Below are positions 52,753 through 63,415 of a DNA stretch of 64,000 nt, in pieces. Every line of letters starts with the position of its first letter. The stretch's first letter is position 1. The position numbers were made by a program, and so were the translations under genes. Where the stretch lies: the sequence record OZ240615.1; one strand, written 5' to 3'. The notes below the pieces were generated by a model. The model searched no databases. It saw nothing but the letters and a program-made list of their open reading frames with translations, and was not told the DNA's origin.

Positions 52753-55700
52753 TTAAGAATGACCTAACGCGTCCATTAAAGATTGCAGTTGTTGACGTTG
52801 TTTCTCCATCTCACGTCTGACATAAGCTGCTTCTAAAGCTAGACACTCTTCCATGCGAACCATCCAAATATCCCCTGCCTCGCGAGCCTCTTGAACGACT
52901 GAACCAGCCTCGTCAAGAATCTCTTCTTGGTCGTCCCAACTGTCATAAATCAGAATTCCGTATTTCGTTGCATCAAGCCCAGCTAACTCGAATGCCTCTT
53001 TGATATCTTGAGCAACAATACCAAAATGGACACGGGCTTCGTCTGCGCCCTTTGCTTCGATCGCGGATTTCAATTTCCATTGACTAAAGCCGATTGTACC
53101 CCAGACGTCAAGAACTTCATCAGGGATAGTTTCGATGAAGTCTTTAAGGCGTCGGTCAGAAACAACGGTGACTGCGTTTTGAGAATAAATGTTATTCGCT
53201 GTTTTGTCTACTGCGCCAACGTTAAAAGTGGACGTGTTACTAAAGGTAATATTTCCGCCAAAGACGTTGTTTGCGGCATTGTACCCAATAGACGTACCAT
53301 AAGCGTTTATTGTAGCCGTACTAGAGGTTCCACCGTTAACAAAAAACTCCAACGTTCTAGTGTTAACAGTTGTTGCACCGTACCCAAACCGAATCCGCGT
53401 TCCGTTTAACGATATCTCACCATCGACTGTAAGTTTTCCTGTTTTATAGTCTTGGTAATATGTCCGACTTGAGAGTGTTGTCTGACTAATGGAGAGAGTA
53501 TCTCCTACTGAACCAACTACAGCGTCAAGGATATATTGTCCGCTAAGTGTACCAGTTGCATTCACGATACGCTTATGAATCCGTGTTTCGCCTGTGTAGC
53601 TAGTCGACGAACCACTGACGATATTCAGCGGTATTCCCATGAAAACATAAGGTTTATATTCTGCGGGTACTTCAATAGTTGTCCGGCTATTCGTATTGTC
53701 GACAGACACTATATTTACAGAGAAATTCTTCGCGAAGTACGACCCGATAGTGTTTCCGCCTTTTACAAGTAACGGGAGATTATTGTACCCATAATCCTCG
53801 TAAAAAGTCGTACCGAACTTATAATCCGGGTTAGCACGTTGATGAGCAATCCACGGATTAATCAGATCCCCTGGCGCGAAGATTCCGCCGCCAACCTTCT
53901 TAAACAGATTATATTTAAAACCGTTTGTAGGTTGCACATTCCCCCAGATACAGCGATCAGAACTTTCAGGGATGTAGCTCAGGCCGGTAGGGAATACTGG
54001 AATACCACCGGTGAATGCTTGAACAGACTTCAGGACTATAGGGGTACTGTCAGGGATAGTGAACTGTAATGACTGCTGACTACCCGAAGTGCCTACACCA
54101 TCGTTGTTATTCCATTTCAGATTTTGAATAATCGCCATTTTGTAGCCATTACCAAAATCTATTGCCATCTCTGCTTTGGCGATAAAAAGGTTGTAATTAT
54201 AACCACTGTCTGTAGTTAACTGATCAATATTTGCCGTTTGCCACAGCACAACATTGTCCAAGTCAAAACTTCCGGTAAGGTCTTTGTACCAAATGCAAAT
54301 GTTGCTGTGAATCGCAGGTGACAAAACAGGTAACTGTAGAATGCCATTCGCAGCCAGCAACCCATACGGAGAGAACATTTCCTTGGTGGTTTTTTGCCCG
54401 CGAAGCGAATCAACGTCAGGTGGGTTCGGGTAAGTAGTGTTCGTGGCGTACATGACGCCATATGTTCCGTATTTGAAATCAAACCCGCCATGAGGAAATG
54501 CCCCTACATCAGGAGTTGGACTACCTAAACGCACGAAATCGATACCGTTGGTTGACGGGTAAGAGCCGTATCCAGCGGGAGGAACCCAGTTTTCGTTTTC
54601 GTCGTAGTATCCAAACGCACCCGCCTCGAAGGTCAAATACTTATACGTCCTGTCCGGGCGATACTGCGAACCAATACAGTCGATATTTAATCCGAAACCT
54701 TTCTCGTTGCCATCGTTCCACCACTTGTTCAGGATAGTGACGTAGGAAGGTGTATCTTCCATATAGCACGCGGAGTAGACAGAGCCACGCGCAGCGGTAG
54801 CGATAACAGACTTATTCGGTTTACGCTCGGTAGGATTGTACGCAGGGATACTGAGATACGTACCTGAGCAATGGAAGCCATGACCTGTTTCGATTAAAAA
54901 GTAGTCACACTGCTGGCCGCTGACTGAACTTGCCCATCTACCGTTGTTCGAAATAGTCCCGCCAATCCACTGGCACCAGTCAATATGCAGTCGCACGCAG
55001 CAATAACGTGCTGTACTGATATACATATTTTTGAATGTACAGCCGTAGAAGTTGCCAATTTTCTCAGGGAGGACGCTAGATTTGTACGGAATGATATCGC
55101 TAGACATCACACCATCTTCATCAATGCGAACCTGCATCCCGACGAGGTTAACTCTAAAGTTCTCTATCCGAATATCTTCGAACGAACAATACCATGGGTT
55201 GAGAGCCAAAACACCTACGCCGGCAGTGCAATCCGTATCAAGCGTTCCGGGAACATGATCACCAATGATCTTCCCGCCGGTCATCTTGATGAATCCAAGA
55301 CTTACTGACTCCCAGTAGAGTTTGTTTCCTAGCGCCGTATAGACCTGCTCGACATCTTCTACAGAGTGCTCGAAGCCGTTAAGGTATTCACCAGTCACCT
55401 GGAATTTTCGAGACGCGCTGGCTTTTACGTAAATCGTAGATGCACCAAGATTATAAATGACGTTCGAACGCAGCTTCGCAGCCTCTTTCCCGATACGCCA
55501 TAAACCAGAGGTAATATTGAACGTAATAACACTGTAGGTACTTTGTCCGTTAATATTGTTATTTGTTTGCATCCATAAAGGTAGCGTATTAATGATCCCA
55601 TTAATAGCCTGGCCTAAGCATACAAAATCGTCTGTGTCCAATTGGGCTTCTGTATAATCATCAACTTCTTTCGCGCCATTAGCCCTAGGATCAATTACAA

Positions 55701-56694
55701 ACGAGCTATCTTCAAGTTGTATTTGGTACTCAACACCGTTGGCGTTATAGACTTTACCCTCGGTGATAACATGAGTACCCGCTTTTGCTGTATCGATATT
55801 ACCTGTTTTTTTCCACGAGCCCGCGCCCCCGTCATCCTCTACGTAGAACCCTCTCGTTTTAAATCTTTCAACTTCACTCTTCTGGGTTAAAATATCTAAT
55901 GTACAAGCAAGCCATTCACCTAAACCTTCACGTAATGTCTGCCCGGTGCCAAGAAGAATAAGGTCCGTACCTTCACCGTTAGAGGCGCTAGAAAGTTTAT
56001 CTGCATTTATTTTCTTTTCCAGTTCACTTTGAACTGTTCCGCCGCCCAGCACCCCGATATTACTCGCTCCATTAGGGGCGCCATATGTCGCTAAGAACGC
56101 TTCGTTAACCTTCTCTACGTCGTCGCTACCAAAGCAGATCGCTACTACGGTTTGATTTTCTTTTACTGGTGTAGCGAGTTTAAAACTCAACGCATTGCCG
56201 GCAACTAATTCAAATCCGACGTCTTTGAATTGACGCAAGCCATCAACGTAAACTTCCTGGACTGAGATATCCCCAGTCAGCGGAACAGTAAAGGTTTGCT
56301 CACCGCCATTACTCAGCCCACCGTTATAAACCCACTGAACAATCGCTCCCTTATCTTTCAAAGCTTTGTTCAATAAAGCGTAGGTCCCGTAGGTAATTTG
56401 TTCGCCTTCGCTATTAAGCAAAGGAGTGGCGCCCGATCCGGCATTCACCCACCCTTGTACGTGTTCTTTCGTAGCGTCGGTATAAACGAAAAAGGTATCG
56501 CCGTTGACTGTGTTAGCGACGCCGCTGGCAGTATCGCTATAGGCATTTTCAAACAGGATACTTTCACGCAATTTTTTGAGCGTGACTTTATAAGTATCAT
56601 TCTCTTCTTTGACTTGTGCGATGGGAATAAACCCATTCTCAGAGGCTACCGACAACGCCGGTAATTCGGTAATTTTTAAACTAGACTTATCCAT
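52753..56694 (-). CDS. Large tailspike/fibre with XD-like docking domain and C-terminal S74 intramolecular chaperone
   Basis: VSDRRLKD..RVHFGIVAQDI..YG (peptidase S74); WVYNGGLSNGGEQTF..VYVDGLRQ (XD-like); 1313 aa. Confidence 0.85.
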   Translation of the reverse strand: MDKSSLKITELPALSVASENGFIPIAQVKEENDTYKVTLKKLRESILFENAYSDTASGVANTVNGDTFFVYTDATKEHVQGWVNAGSGATPLLNSEGEQITYGTYALLNKALKDKGAIVQWVYNGGLSNGGEQTFTVPLTGDISVQEVYVDGLRQFKDVGFELVAGNALSFKLATPVKENQTVVAICFGSDDVEKVNEAFLATYGAPNGASNIGVLGGGTVQSELEKKINADKLSSASNGEGTDLILLGTGQTLREGLGEWLACTLDILTQKSEVERFKTRGFYVEDDGGAGSWKKTGNIDTAKAGTHVITEGKVYNANGVEYQIQLEDSSFVIDPRANGAKEVDDYTEAQLDTDDFVCLGQAINGIINTLPLWMQTNNNINGQSTYSVITFNITSGLWRIGKEAAKLRSNVIYNLGASTIYVKASASRKFQVTGEYLNGFEHSVEDVEQVYTALGNKLYWESVSLGFIKMTGGKIIGDHVPGTLDTDCTAGVGVLALNPWYCSFEDIRIENFRVNLVGMQVRIDEDGVMSSDIIPYKSSVLPEKIGNFYGCTFKNMYISTARYCCVRLHIDWCQWIGGTISNNGRWASSVSGQQCDYFLIETGHGFHCSGTYLSIPAYNPTERKPNKSVIATAARGSVYSACYMEDTPSYVTILNKWWNDGNEKGFGLNIDCIGSQYRPDRTYKYLTFEAGAFGYYDENENWVPPAGYGSYPSTNGIDFVRLGSPTPDVGAFPHGGFDFKYGTYGVMYATNTTYPNPPDVDSLRGQKTTKEMFSPYGLLAANGILQLPVLSPAIHSNICIWYKDLTGSFDLDNVVLWQTANIDQLTTDSGYNYNLFIAKAEMAIDFGNGYKMAIIQNLKWNNNDGVGTSGSQQSLQFTIPDSTPIVLKSVQAFTGGIPVFPTGLSYIPESSDRCIWGNVQPTNGFKYNLFKKVGGGIFAPGDLINPWIAHQRANPDYKFGTTFYEDYGYNNLPLLVKGGNTIGSYFAKNFSVNIVSVDNTNSRTTIEVPAEYKPYVFMGIPLNIVSGSSTSYTGETRIHKRIVNATGTLSGQYILDAVVGSVGDTLSISQTTLSSRTYYQDYKTGKLTVDGEISLNGTRIRFGYGATTVNTRTLEFFVNGGTSSTATINAYGTSIGYNAANNVFGGNITFSNTSTFNVGAVDKTANNIYSQNAVTVVSDRRLKDFIETIPDEVLDVWGTIGFSQWKLKSAIEAKGADEARVHFGIVAQDIKEAFELAGLDATKYGILIYDSWDDQEEILDEAGSVVQEAREAGDIWMVRMEECLALEAAYVRREMEKQRQQLQSLMDALGHS

Positions 56695-56740
56695 TTCGGT
56701 ACCTGTATAGTCTGGGTAAATAAGAGGGTATCTAGATCGT

Positions 56741-56744
56741 CATA
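56741..56744 (-). promoter_or_regulatory. Putative late promoter (TTATGACG)
   Basis: TATG immediately after a terminator, about 47 nt upstream of the fibre gene. Confidence 0.45.
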
Positions 56745-56752
56745 AAAACACA

Positions 56753-56783
56753 ATAGAGAGAGGGCTTTACGCCCTCTCTCTAT
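56753..56783 (-). terminator. Intrinsic terminator
   Basis: atagagagagggc-tttac-gccctctctctat. Confidence 0.85.
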
Positions 56784-56796
56784 GCAAAGGAGTTAA

Positions 56797-56946
56797 TTAT
56801 GACCCTTCTTCAAGAACGGTCTCTTCTGGGGTTTCCTTCCAACCTACGTTTAAGAATGCCTCAACGTATTCTTCAGGTATACTAATGTAATCTACTGAAT
56901 ACCCATCGATCTCTTCAGCAGTTCCCTTAATAAATAACTTTTTCAT
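56797..56946 (-). CDS. 49-aa acidic protein coupled to a tailspike gene (MKKLFIKGTAEEIDGYSVDYISIPEEYVEAFLNVGWKETPEETVLEEGS)
   Basis: Missing from the ORF track; starts 1 nt after the tailspike stop; V...L..GW..TP motif recalls a phage small-protein family. Confidence 0.75.
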   Translation of the reverse strand: MKKLFIKGTAEEIDGYSVDYISIPEEYVEAFLNVGWKETPEETVLEEGS

Positions 56947-56947
56947 T

Positions 56948-58744
56948 TTAACTCCAAATTAACGTAATAACTGCATTGCCGTAATCACTCTTAACGAATA
57001 AATATTTAGTCCCTGCCGTATTATTAGTGAAGTTATAAGACAAAGATCCATAGGCCGCGGAAGCGATGATGTGCCCATTAGTCGACCCACCGTTGGAAAT
57101 TTCAACCCCCGATGTTCTTGTTGCTACATTAACTGTCGTCAGATTAGTTTGTGCGGTGTCAGAAAAGAGTTGCATTTCGACTATTCCCGCACTAGAATCG
57201 ATAACAGCGGTGTTGTTCGGTTTGAAGAAAGACAGAGAAACGCTAATTGCACTCCCTGTTGTTGCAGTGAGGCTGGCAGTAAAACCTAAGTACCCAGCCG
57301 GTCTAAAAATAGACCGCGGATGGTTTAAACCGGTAATCACTACGTCAGGTTTTCTACCAAAATAGTAATTATCGACAACCATAATGCCGCCATTATCGCC
57401 ACCAGATGTATAACCACCGATAAAAGCTCGGATGTCACCACCGGTACTGGAGGTCAGGAAATAGTTTTTCGAAACGATTATCCCTTGAGGGTTGAGGAGT
57501 CCATTTTTACCTTCTATTCTTAATGCCTGGCCATTAGGTGAAGAGAATGTATTTCCTTCAATAACCGACGTGTATACACCCATTAGGTTCATACCGTTAC
57601 GGTAATTACCATCAACAAGGTTGTTGGTAATGTTCATTCCACTTGCTGCCGTACCTCGACCGTAAGCAAGAATGCCTATACGCTTATTATTTCTACAGTC
57701 GTTACCTGTGATTAAAGGACCTGTACCATTACCCGATGCGAATAAACCGTCGACACCGTTATAATTGGACTTGTTGTTTATAAACACAACCTGAGAAGAT
57801 CCTTCAAACATGTCAATGCCGTTATTACTGTTATAGCAACAAATATTATTTCTAATTTCCCCGGCATCGGCATAGCCAAAACCTAATCCGATATAACCAT
57901 TACCACTCGCTTCAGCATTTGAAACATTAACAATTCCTGCCGAATGGGATTTCGAGTAACAAAACAACCCGGACCATCCATTATTATTGAATTTGTTTCT
58001 CCCTATAAATTCAATAGACCAAGCTTCTTCGGCGTTCCCGATTACGAAACCGTTATTACCGTTCTGATCTTTAGTAAAATATTGACCGGCATCGTACGTA
58101 CCCGTACCACCGTCTTGTAATGTTGGTTTAGTTCCGTCATTTACTAAAGTAATGGCGTTACCAGAAATCGATAGTATTTTAAATTTAGAGTCACCAATCC
58201 AAATAAGATCATTAGCTGCAAATCCCGTTGAATCAGTAACGCTGACAACGTAGTCTGTTGAAGTATCAATAGCGTTGACGCAAGTTGTTCTTTGTAACTT
58301 TCCGTTATTGGAAAATTCACAGTTTTCTAATATAACCTTTGCCTGTCCTACAAAATTCTTTCGCCAAACACGTCCACCGTACCGATAAAACCCATTCGCT
58401 GAGAAATTGCGTATTTTACACACACCGGTGCTTTGATTGATGTAAAATTGACAACCGGCATTAACGCTCCCAGTGGTGGGTATAATATTAATTCCGTCGA
58501 CATCCGCACAGTTAAAGGTTATAAAACGACTAACTGGGTAGACCCCACCGTTTCCTCGTAATTGTAAGTTGTTATCCGTAGCAAAGGCGTCTGCTGCAAT
58601 GAGGGCGTCTGACCAATCTGAATCTGAAGTTATTTTACTTTCGAACATTTCAGGAGTGACGTAACGTATTGCACTATCAATATCTGCGCCGTTCCTTAAT
58701 AAGGAAGCTGTACTACCCTGCGGCCTGTTAAAATCGGTCAACAT
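56948..58744 (-). CDS. Tailspike, right-handed beta-helix
   Basis: RPQGST N-terminus, YVTPEMF, Asn/Gly-rich rungs (NN..NG..G). Confidence 0.85.
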   Translation of the reverse strand: MLTDFNRPQGSTASLLRNGADIDSAIRYVTPEMFESKITSDSDWSDALIAADAFATDNNLQLRGNGGVYPVSRFITFNCADVDGINIIPTTGSVNAGCQFYINQSTGVCKIRNFSANGFYRYGGRVWRKNFVGQAKVILENCEFSNNGKLQRTTCVNAIDTSTDYVVSVTDSTGFAANDLIWIGDSKFKILSISGNAITLVNDGTKPTLQDGGTGTYDAGQYFTKDQNGNNGFVIGNAEEAWSIEFIGRNKFNNNGWSGLFCYSKSHSAGIVNVSNAEASGNGYIGLGFGYADAGEIRNNICCYNSNNGIDMFEGSSQVVFINNKSNYNGVDGLFASGNGTGPLITGNDCRNNKRIGILAYGRGTAASGMNITNNLVDGNYRNGMNLMGVYTSVIEGNTFSSPNGQALRIEGKNGLLNPQGIIVSKNYFLTSSTGGDIRAFIGGYTSGGDNGGIMVVDNYYFGRKPDVVITGLNHPRSIFRPAGYLGFTASLTATTGSAISVSLSFFKPNNTAVIDSSAGIVEMQLFSDTAQTNLTTVNVATRTSGVEISNGGSTNGHIIASAAYGSLSYNFTNNTAGTKYLFVKSDYGNAVITLIWS

Positions 58745-58774
58745 TATTAATACCTCAAAAAGAAAAGTTTAGTT

Positions 58775-58778
58775 CATA
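58775..58778 (-). promoter_or_regulatory. Putative late promoter (CTATGAAC)
   Basis: TATG after a terminator, about 31 nt upstream of the tailspike gene. Confidence 0.45.
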
Positions 58779-58782
58779 GAAA

Positions 58783-58812
58783 AATTGAGAGATGGGGGCC
58801 CATCTCTCAATT
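58783..58812 (-). terminator. Intrinsic terminator
   Basis: aattgagagatggg-gg-cccatctctcaatt. Confidence 0.8.
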
Positions 58813-59010
58813 TTATATTATCTCAGTTTTAAGCAGGGGCAGCGATCAGCGTTTTTCATTCCATGTCGAGGTTTGTGCTCTCCTGACCATTAGCTGGGTT
58901 CTTCGTGAACCTTTACTTTTCTCGCTACAAACGATATCCTTTAATCTTTCTTCATTACCAAACAACACTAAAAGAAAAAAAGAGAAAAGATATCAGCTTT
59001 TAACCATGGG

Positions 59011-60813
59011 TCATTTAACCTTAACGTTACCAGAACTATCTTTATAAATCCCACCAACGTCAGAAGGCACAGTTGTCGATATACCAGAGAATGTCAGCGT
59101 GTTTTGTGCGACTACAGTGGCTGCACTAATTGACTTACTGCCATTCACTACGACATTTAACCCGCACTGAATGCCGTTATATTGGGTAGAGTTTATTTCT
59201 AGTAAATCGGTACTAGGGACAGTCCCGGTAATAATGGTACCCATACCACTAGTACCATCTATACCTAAATCCCCTTGTAACCTCATGAAACCTCTTCCGG
59301 TAGAATTAATGAAGTTAACAAATTTCACACCGTAAATATAAGCATCAACTCGATAGGTTTTTACCTGGGTCGTACTGTCGCCGATTTCGAATGCGTGGAC
59401 CTGCGTTGCAGTAGTCCCATTTATTGGCGCCCCGACATACCCTTGGAATGTGTTTGCATCATTAAGGAAAACTACCGCCGCTCCGGGCTCCCAGTTTGAG
59501 TAAACTCGAGTATTGGTAACGGAGTTCCTTGCGCCTACGAAACAAATCTGTGCACCGGCGGCGCCTTCGAAATGACAGTTTGTAATTAAACTATCGTAAG
59601 AAGCTAAGTAAAGACCATACCGTACTCGGTTTTTGTAATAGGTCGTTAATTGCGAATCGCCGCTTTGCCATACGTGGAACTGATCTCCACGAGTACCGCC
59701 GCCACCGCCAAAACGAATACCGTCATAGGTTTTATGGGCTTTTAGGCCGGCGTTCCTGACAACGAACTTATCGGAATGGTTGTCAGAAGACCCGCCAATC
59801 ACAATACCGTCCTCACCCACCATATCTACACGAATGTCGCTATAAAGTGAAGGTGCGCCGTAACGAATAGTTGTGGTACTTTTACCGCCGGCCTTTAGTC
59901 CGATCCCACTACAGTACCCCGCCCTTATCCCTTTCAATTTCGTCCCAGTACCCCAAACCTTCAAAGCGCATTCATGAACGTTTGTGGTATCATCCGGTCC
60001 TCCCCAACCGCCTTCGATAATGATGTTCTCGATCGTTACTGATTGAACTTCCGCTGATGCGTTAGTTATCGATAAATAATCACCGGTAGGCGCATCTTTA
60101 GTTTTGACTACGGCATCGCTCCAACCGTTAAGTGCAACAATTTTAGTGAGATTTTCTACGCCGAAAATTCTAGCGCGAGAAGGAATGATAAAGACGGACG
60201 AAATCGCGTATGTACCCGTTAACTTTAAAGGCAGGTTAAGGGAGACAGAATAGTCTGCTGCCATCTGAAGCGCTAAAATATCGTCAGTGACTCCGTCTCC
60301 TTTTGCACCGAAGAACTCCGGCGTAACGTAAAGATCAACTACCCTTTCCCACCAGAAGTCGCTACCTGCAACAATAATTTTTTTATTATCATCAGGAGGG
60401 GTCCCAATTTTACCTATAAAGTCACCACCGCCGGTATTCAGGTCGGCGTAATAACCTTTAACGCGAACCGTTTGTCCGTTGTACAGAGGTTTAAACTTTC
60501 TGAGGTCAGCAATCGTCGCAATAGAAACGATTGTCAACGCTGCAGGTAACGCCACACCCTGAAATATTCCTTTATCAGTCGTTATCGTCGCCACGGTGCC
60601 GCTGATATTGATTCCTGAAACAACACCCGTGACAGCACTGACGCTGAAGATTTCTTTTGATGCTGGATCAACAGCGAAAGAAAAATTGGTTAAGTCTACA
60701 TTTTTATCGAGTGCGGTAATAGTACTCAATGGAATGTTTAATAACTGAGAGAACACTTCTGCGCATGACTGTATGGACGTACTTCCACTTGGCTGAATAA
60801 AATTAGTTTGCAT
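59011..60813 (-). CDS. Tailspike (pectate-lyase-3-like beta-helix depolymerase)
   Basis: QPSGST N-terminus; IATIADLR..VRVKGYY..GGGDF; VTPEFFGAKGDGVTDD..ALQ.A. Confidence 0.88.
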   Translation of the reverse strand: MQTNFIQPSGSTSIQSCAEVFSQLLNIPLSTITALDKNVDLTNFSFAVDPASKEIFSVSAVTGVVSGINISGTVATITTDKGIFQGVALPAALTIVSIATIADLRKFKPLYNGQTVRVKGYYADLNTGGGDFIGKIGTPPDDNKKIIVAGSDFWWERVVDLYVTPEFFGAKGDGVTDDILALQMAADYSVSLNLPLKLTGTYAISSVFIIPSRARIFGVENLTKIVALNGWSDAVVKTKDAPTGDYLSITNASAEVQSVTIENIIIEGGWGGPDDTTNVHECALKVWGTGTKLKGIRAGYCSGIGLKAGGKSTTTIRYGAPSLYSDIRVDMVGEDGIVIGGSSDNHSDKFVVRNAGLKAHKTYDGIRFGGGGGTRGDQFHVWQSGDSQLTTYYKNRVRYGLYLASYDSLITNCHFEGAAGAQICFVGARNSVTNTRVYSNWEPGAAVVFLNDANTFQGYVGAPINGTTATQVHAFEIGDSTTQVKTYRVDAYIYGVKFVNFINSTGRGFMRLQGDLGIDGTSGMGTIITGTVPSTDLLEINSTQYNGIQCGLNVVVNGSKSISAATVVAQNTLTFSGISTTVPSDVGGIYKDSSGNVKVK

Positions 60814-60830
60814 TTATTTTTTCCTTTAAC

Positions 60831-60859
60831 AAAGGCTAAGAGAATTAATCTTAGCCTTT
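60831..60859 (-). terminator. Hairpin, possible terminator
   Basis: aaaggctaaga-gaattaa-tcttagccttt. Confidence 0.65.
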
Positions 60860-60868
60860 TATTTTAGA

Positions 60869-63415
60869 TCAATCTATCGCCTCAATTTCAATGGAGAAGT
60901 TATATTGGTTTAAAGTAACCGCCCCGGAAGTACCTTTAATGTTGAGATCGAAACCTTGGTTGGAAGTTGTAGAATAAGTATTATCAGCTAAGGAATCGAC
61001 ATTAGAAACATTAATTGGTTCAAAGACTTTGTTTTTTACAGTTACGGTAGATGTGGCTGAATCGAAAGTTACAGCAGGTAATGAATCGGTCCTGGTAGTG
61101 ACGCCGGCGTTATTGGCGTTGGGCAGGTTAATTATAAACTCTTGCTGCGCAGTACTTGAAATATCTGAGCGTAAGGTAACTTTGTATCTATGCCATGGCA
61201 ATAAAGATCGTACTCTAACTACGTTATCTACGCCTTTATAAATTACACCGGTTAATTTACATCTAAGACCTTTGGTCCTCACTATCGATTCACCAACTCT
61301 GGTGGGATGGGACGTCCCATTACCCGCAGCCGCCTCGGCTAACGCCAACCACGGACGAATAGTCAAAGAGGTAGTTGTATTGTCGAGTGGGATCGATGCG
61401 GTAAATTTATAATTTATACAATCTAAGTTAACCCAACCGCTGTTGCCTAATTTTTTAACGAGTCTTGTGCTTTGAGTTGAGGAACTCACGGAATTTCCAT
61501 TAAACCCATCGTAACGGAAAAGCGCTTTTCCGTCTATATTAGCATTGTTGCTAACGAGAATCGCAGTACTATTCCCGCCCTGCTCAAACCAACCGCCCAT
61601 GTCAATATAGCAATTGTATAAACTATCGGCGCGAGTACCGTCGCCAACGTAAATCGCAGTTGACGTGTCGGTGATACCGTGCTGAAAGTAAAAATTAGAG
61701 ATATTGGCGCCGTAAAAAGAGAGAGTTTGCCAATCTGTAGATGTTGGGTTTGAATGGAACCAAATTCCTTTTGACGACGTCCGGAGAACAACGTTGTCTA
61801 TAATAGCAACCTCTGTCCATCCTAAATCGTTGTAGTAGTCAATACAAGTACCAGTTGTATAATCTCGTATAACGGAATCTTTTACTGTTCCGCCGTAAAA
61901 ATCCGAAAAACGTACAAAGGCTATAGCGTTTGCATTTCCTACCACAGTGAAATTCTTTAAAGTGACTTTGTTAAGGAGAGATTGCGCTTGAGACTGTCTT
62001 TTGAATGTTATCCCTATATTACTACCGGTGTGAGTTATCACCGGCGATATTCCTTTAGTGGCCATACCCGGCCCTTCGATAATAATCTCATTTGAGGAGT
62101 TTATGAAAGTTAGCCCGCCATTTAATGTATAACCTAGCGGACCTAGTGATGGGATAACAACCCTTTTCTTTGCCGTTTTAATACAAAAGTTAATAGCGTT
62201 CGTTAAAGGCGTATCTATTACCCCGCCATCAACTAGGCCAAAAGAAACCAAATCAACGGTGTCGGAAATATTCACTCTTTCCCAATAGAACCCACTCCCA
62301 GCAGCGACGGTTCCGCCATCGTCAGTTCCTGTCCCTATATGCCCAATGAATTGACCCCCACCCGAAGTACTCCCACTGTAATACCCCTTCAGGTTTACTT
62401 TCTCGCCTTCAAAATTAGGTCTTCTGTTTCTGAGATCATCGAAGGAGTTTACGCCGTAAAACCCCTGAACTACTTGCTCCAGGCTCACGCCGTAAGAAGT
62501 GTTCACTTTGGTAGCGCCAGTTGTTTGGCCTAGCGTTAAGAGAACCTCAGCCGGTGTCCCTGATACCTGTGCGGTAATAATTGAGCGAGATCCGCCAAGA
62601 ATCACTTCAACGACGTCGTTCGCATTCAGCGCTTTCGAAAGATTAATTTTCAGGCCGGTGCTATCGACTTCGTAGTGTTTATTCAGAACTTGTTTTGAGC
62701 CGTTGATGTAAATGGCAGGAACCGTACTGAACGTCCACGGCGGGGTAAGCGATGTTTCTCCGCCAACAGCTGCACCGTCGTTGTACAACCACGTGACATT
62801 AACGTAGTCAGTAATCCCTGGTTCCACAGGCGTCACAGGAGTACCTGGGTACGGTCTGACGTAGAAGACAACGAAAGCCCCGGCGGTTAATGCGCCTTTT
62901 AATTTTACTTTGTTCGATAACCGATCGAACGTATAGTTCAACCCCTTGAACTGATGTCCACCATTCAAGAACATCTCTGAGACATCAAAGCAGTCGAACG
63001 GTAACGTGATCTCTGTCTCACCGCCGTTAGCAGAACCGTTGTTATACAGGTAGCTAACGTATGACGTATAGGAGCCAAATTTACCATCAGCCATCATTTT
63101 CCCGGTGCCGTAGATAACCGGTGTATTGTCTTTATAAAGGGCTGTGGCAGAGGCACCGTTGACGTTAGTAAACGCAGCGACGTAGAACTGACTCTCGTCG
63201 GTATAGACGTAGAAGACTTCATCTTTGACAGTGGCCGCAATGCCTTCTGCGAGGGTTTCGTAAGCGTTTTCAAAGAGAAGGTTAGATCGAAGATTATTTA
63301 GGGTGGTACGGTACGTTTCCTTTTCAGCTCCTGCTACTGCCACTGGCAATAGAGCGGATTCTGGAACAATACCCTTACTCGAAAGTTCGGAAATTTTTCT
63401 TGTGTCATTGGCCAT
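60869..63415 (-). CDS. Tailspike hub with two XD-like docking domains (start reassigned to MANDTRK)
   Basis: Two repeats, YLYNNGSANGGETEITL..MFLNG.HQ and WLYNDGAAVGGETSL..IYINGSKQ; then a beta-helix body; GAGGT RBS. Confidence 0.85.
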   Translation of the reverse strand: MANDTRKISELSSKGIVPESALLPVAVAGAEKETYRTTLNNLRSNLLFENAYETLAEGIAATVKDEVFYVYTDESQFYVAAFTNVNGASATALYKDNTPVIYGTGKMMADGKFGSYTSYVSYLYNNGSANGGETEITLPFDCFDVSEMFLNGGHQFKGLNYTFDRLSNKVKLKGALTAGAFVVFYVRPYPGTPVTPVEPGITDYVNVTWLYNDGAAVGGETSLTPPWTFSTVPAIYINGSKQVLNKHYEVDSTGLKINLSKALNANDVVEVILGGSRSIITAQVSGTPAEVLLTLGQTTGATKVNTSYGVSLEQVVQGFYGVNSFDDLRNRRPNFEGEKVNLKGYYSGSTSGGGQFIGHIGTGTDDGGTVAAGSGFYWERVNISDTVDLVSFGLVDGGVIDTPLTNAINFCIKTAKKRVVIPSLGPLGYTLNGGLTFINSSNEIIIEGPGMATKGISPVITHTGSNIGITFKRQSQAQSLLNKVTLKNFTVVGNANAIAFVRFSDFYGGTVKDSVIRDYTTGTCIDYYNDLGWTEVAIIDNVVLRTSSKGIWFHSNPTSTDWQTLSFYGANISNFYFQHGITDTSTAIYVGDGTRADSLYNCYIDMGGWFEQGGNSTAILVSNNANIDGKALFRYDGFNGNSVSSSTQSTRLVKKLGNSGWVNLDCINYKFTASIPLDNTTTSLTIRPWLALAEAAAGNGTSHPTRVGESIVRTKGLRCKLTGVIYKGVDNVVRVRSLLPWHRYKVTLRSDISSTAQQEFIINLPNANNAGVTTRTDSLPAVTFDSATSTVTVKNKVFEPINVSNVDSLADNTYSTTSNQGFDLNIKGTSGAVTLNQYNFSIEIEAID

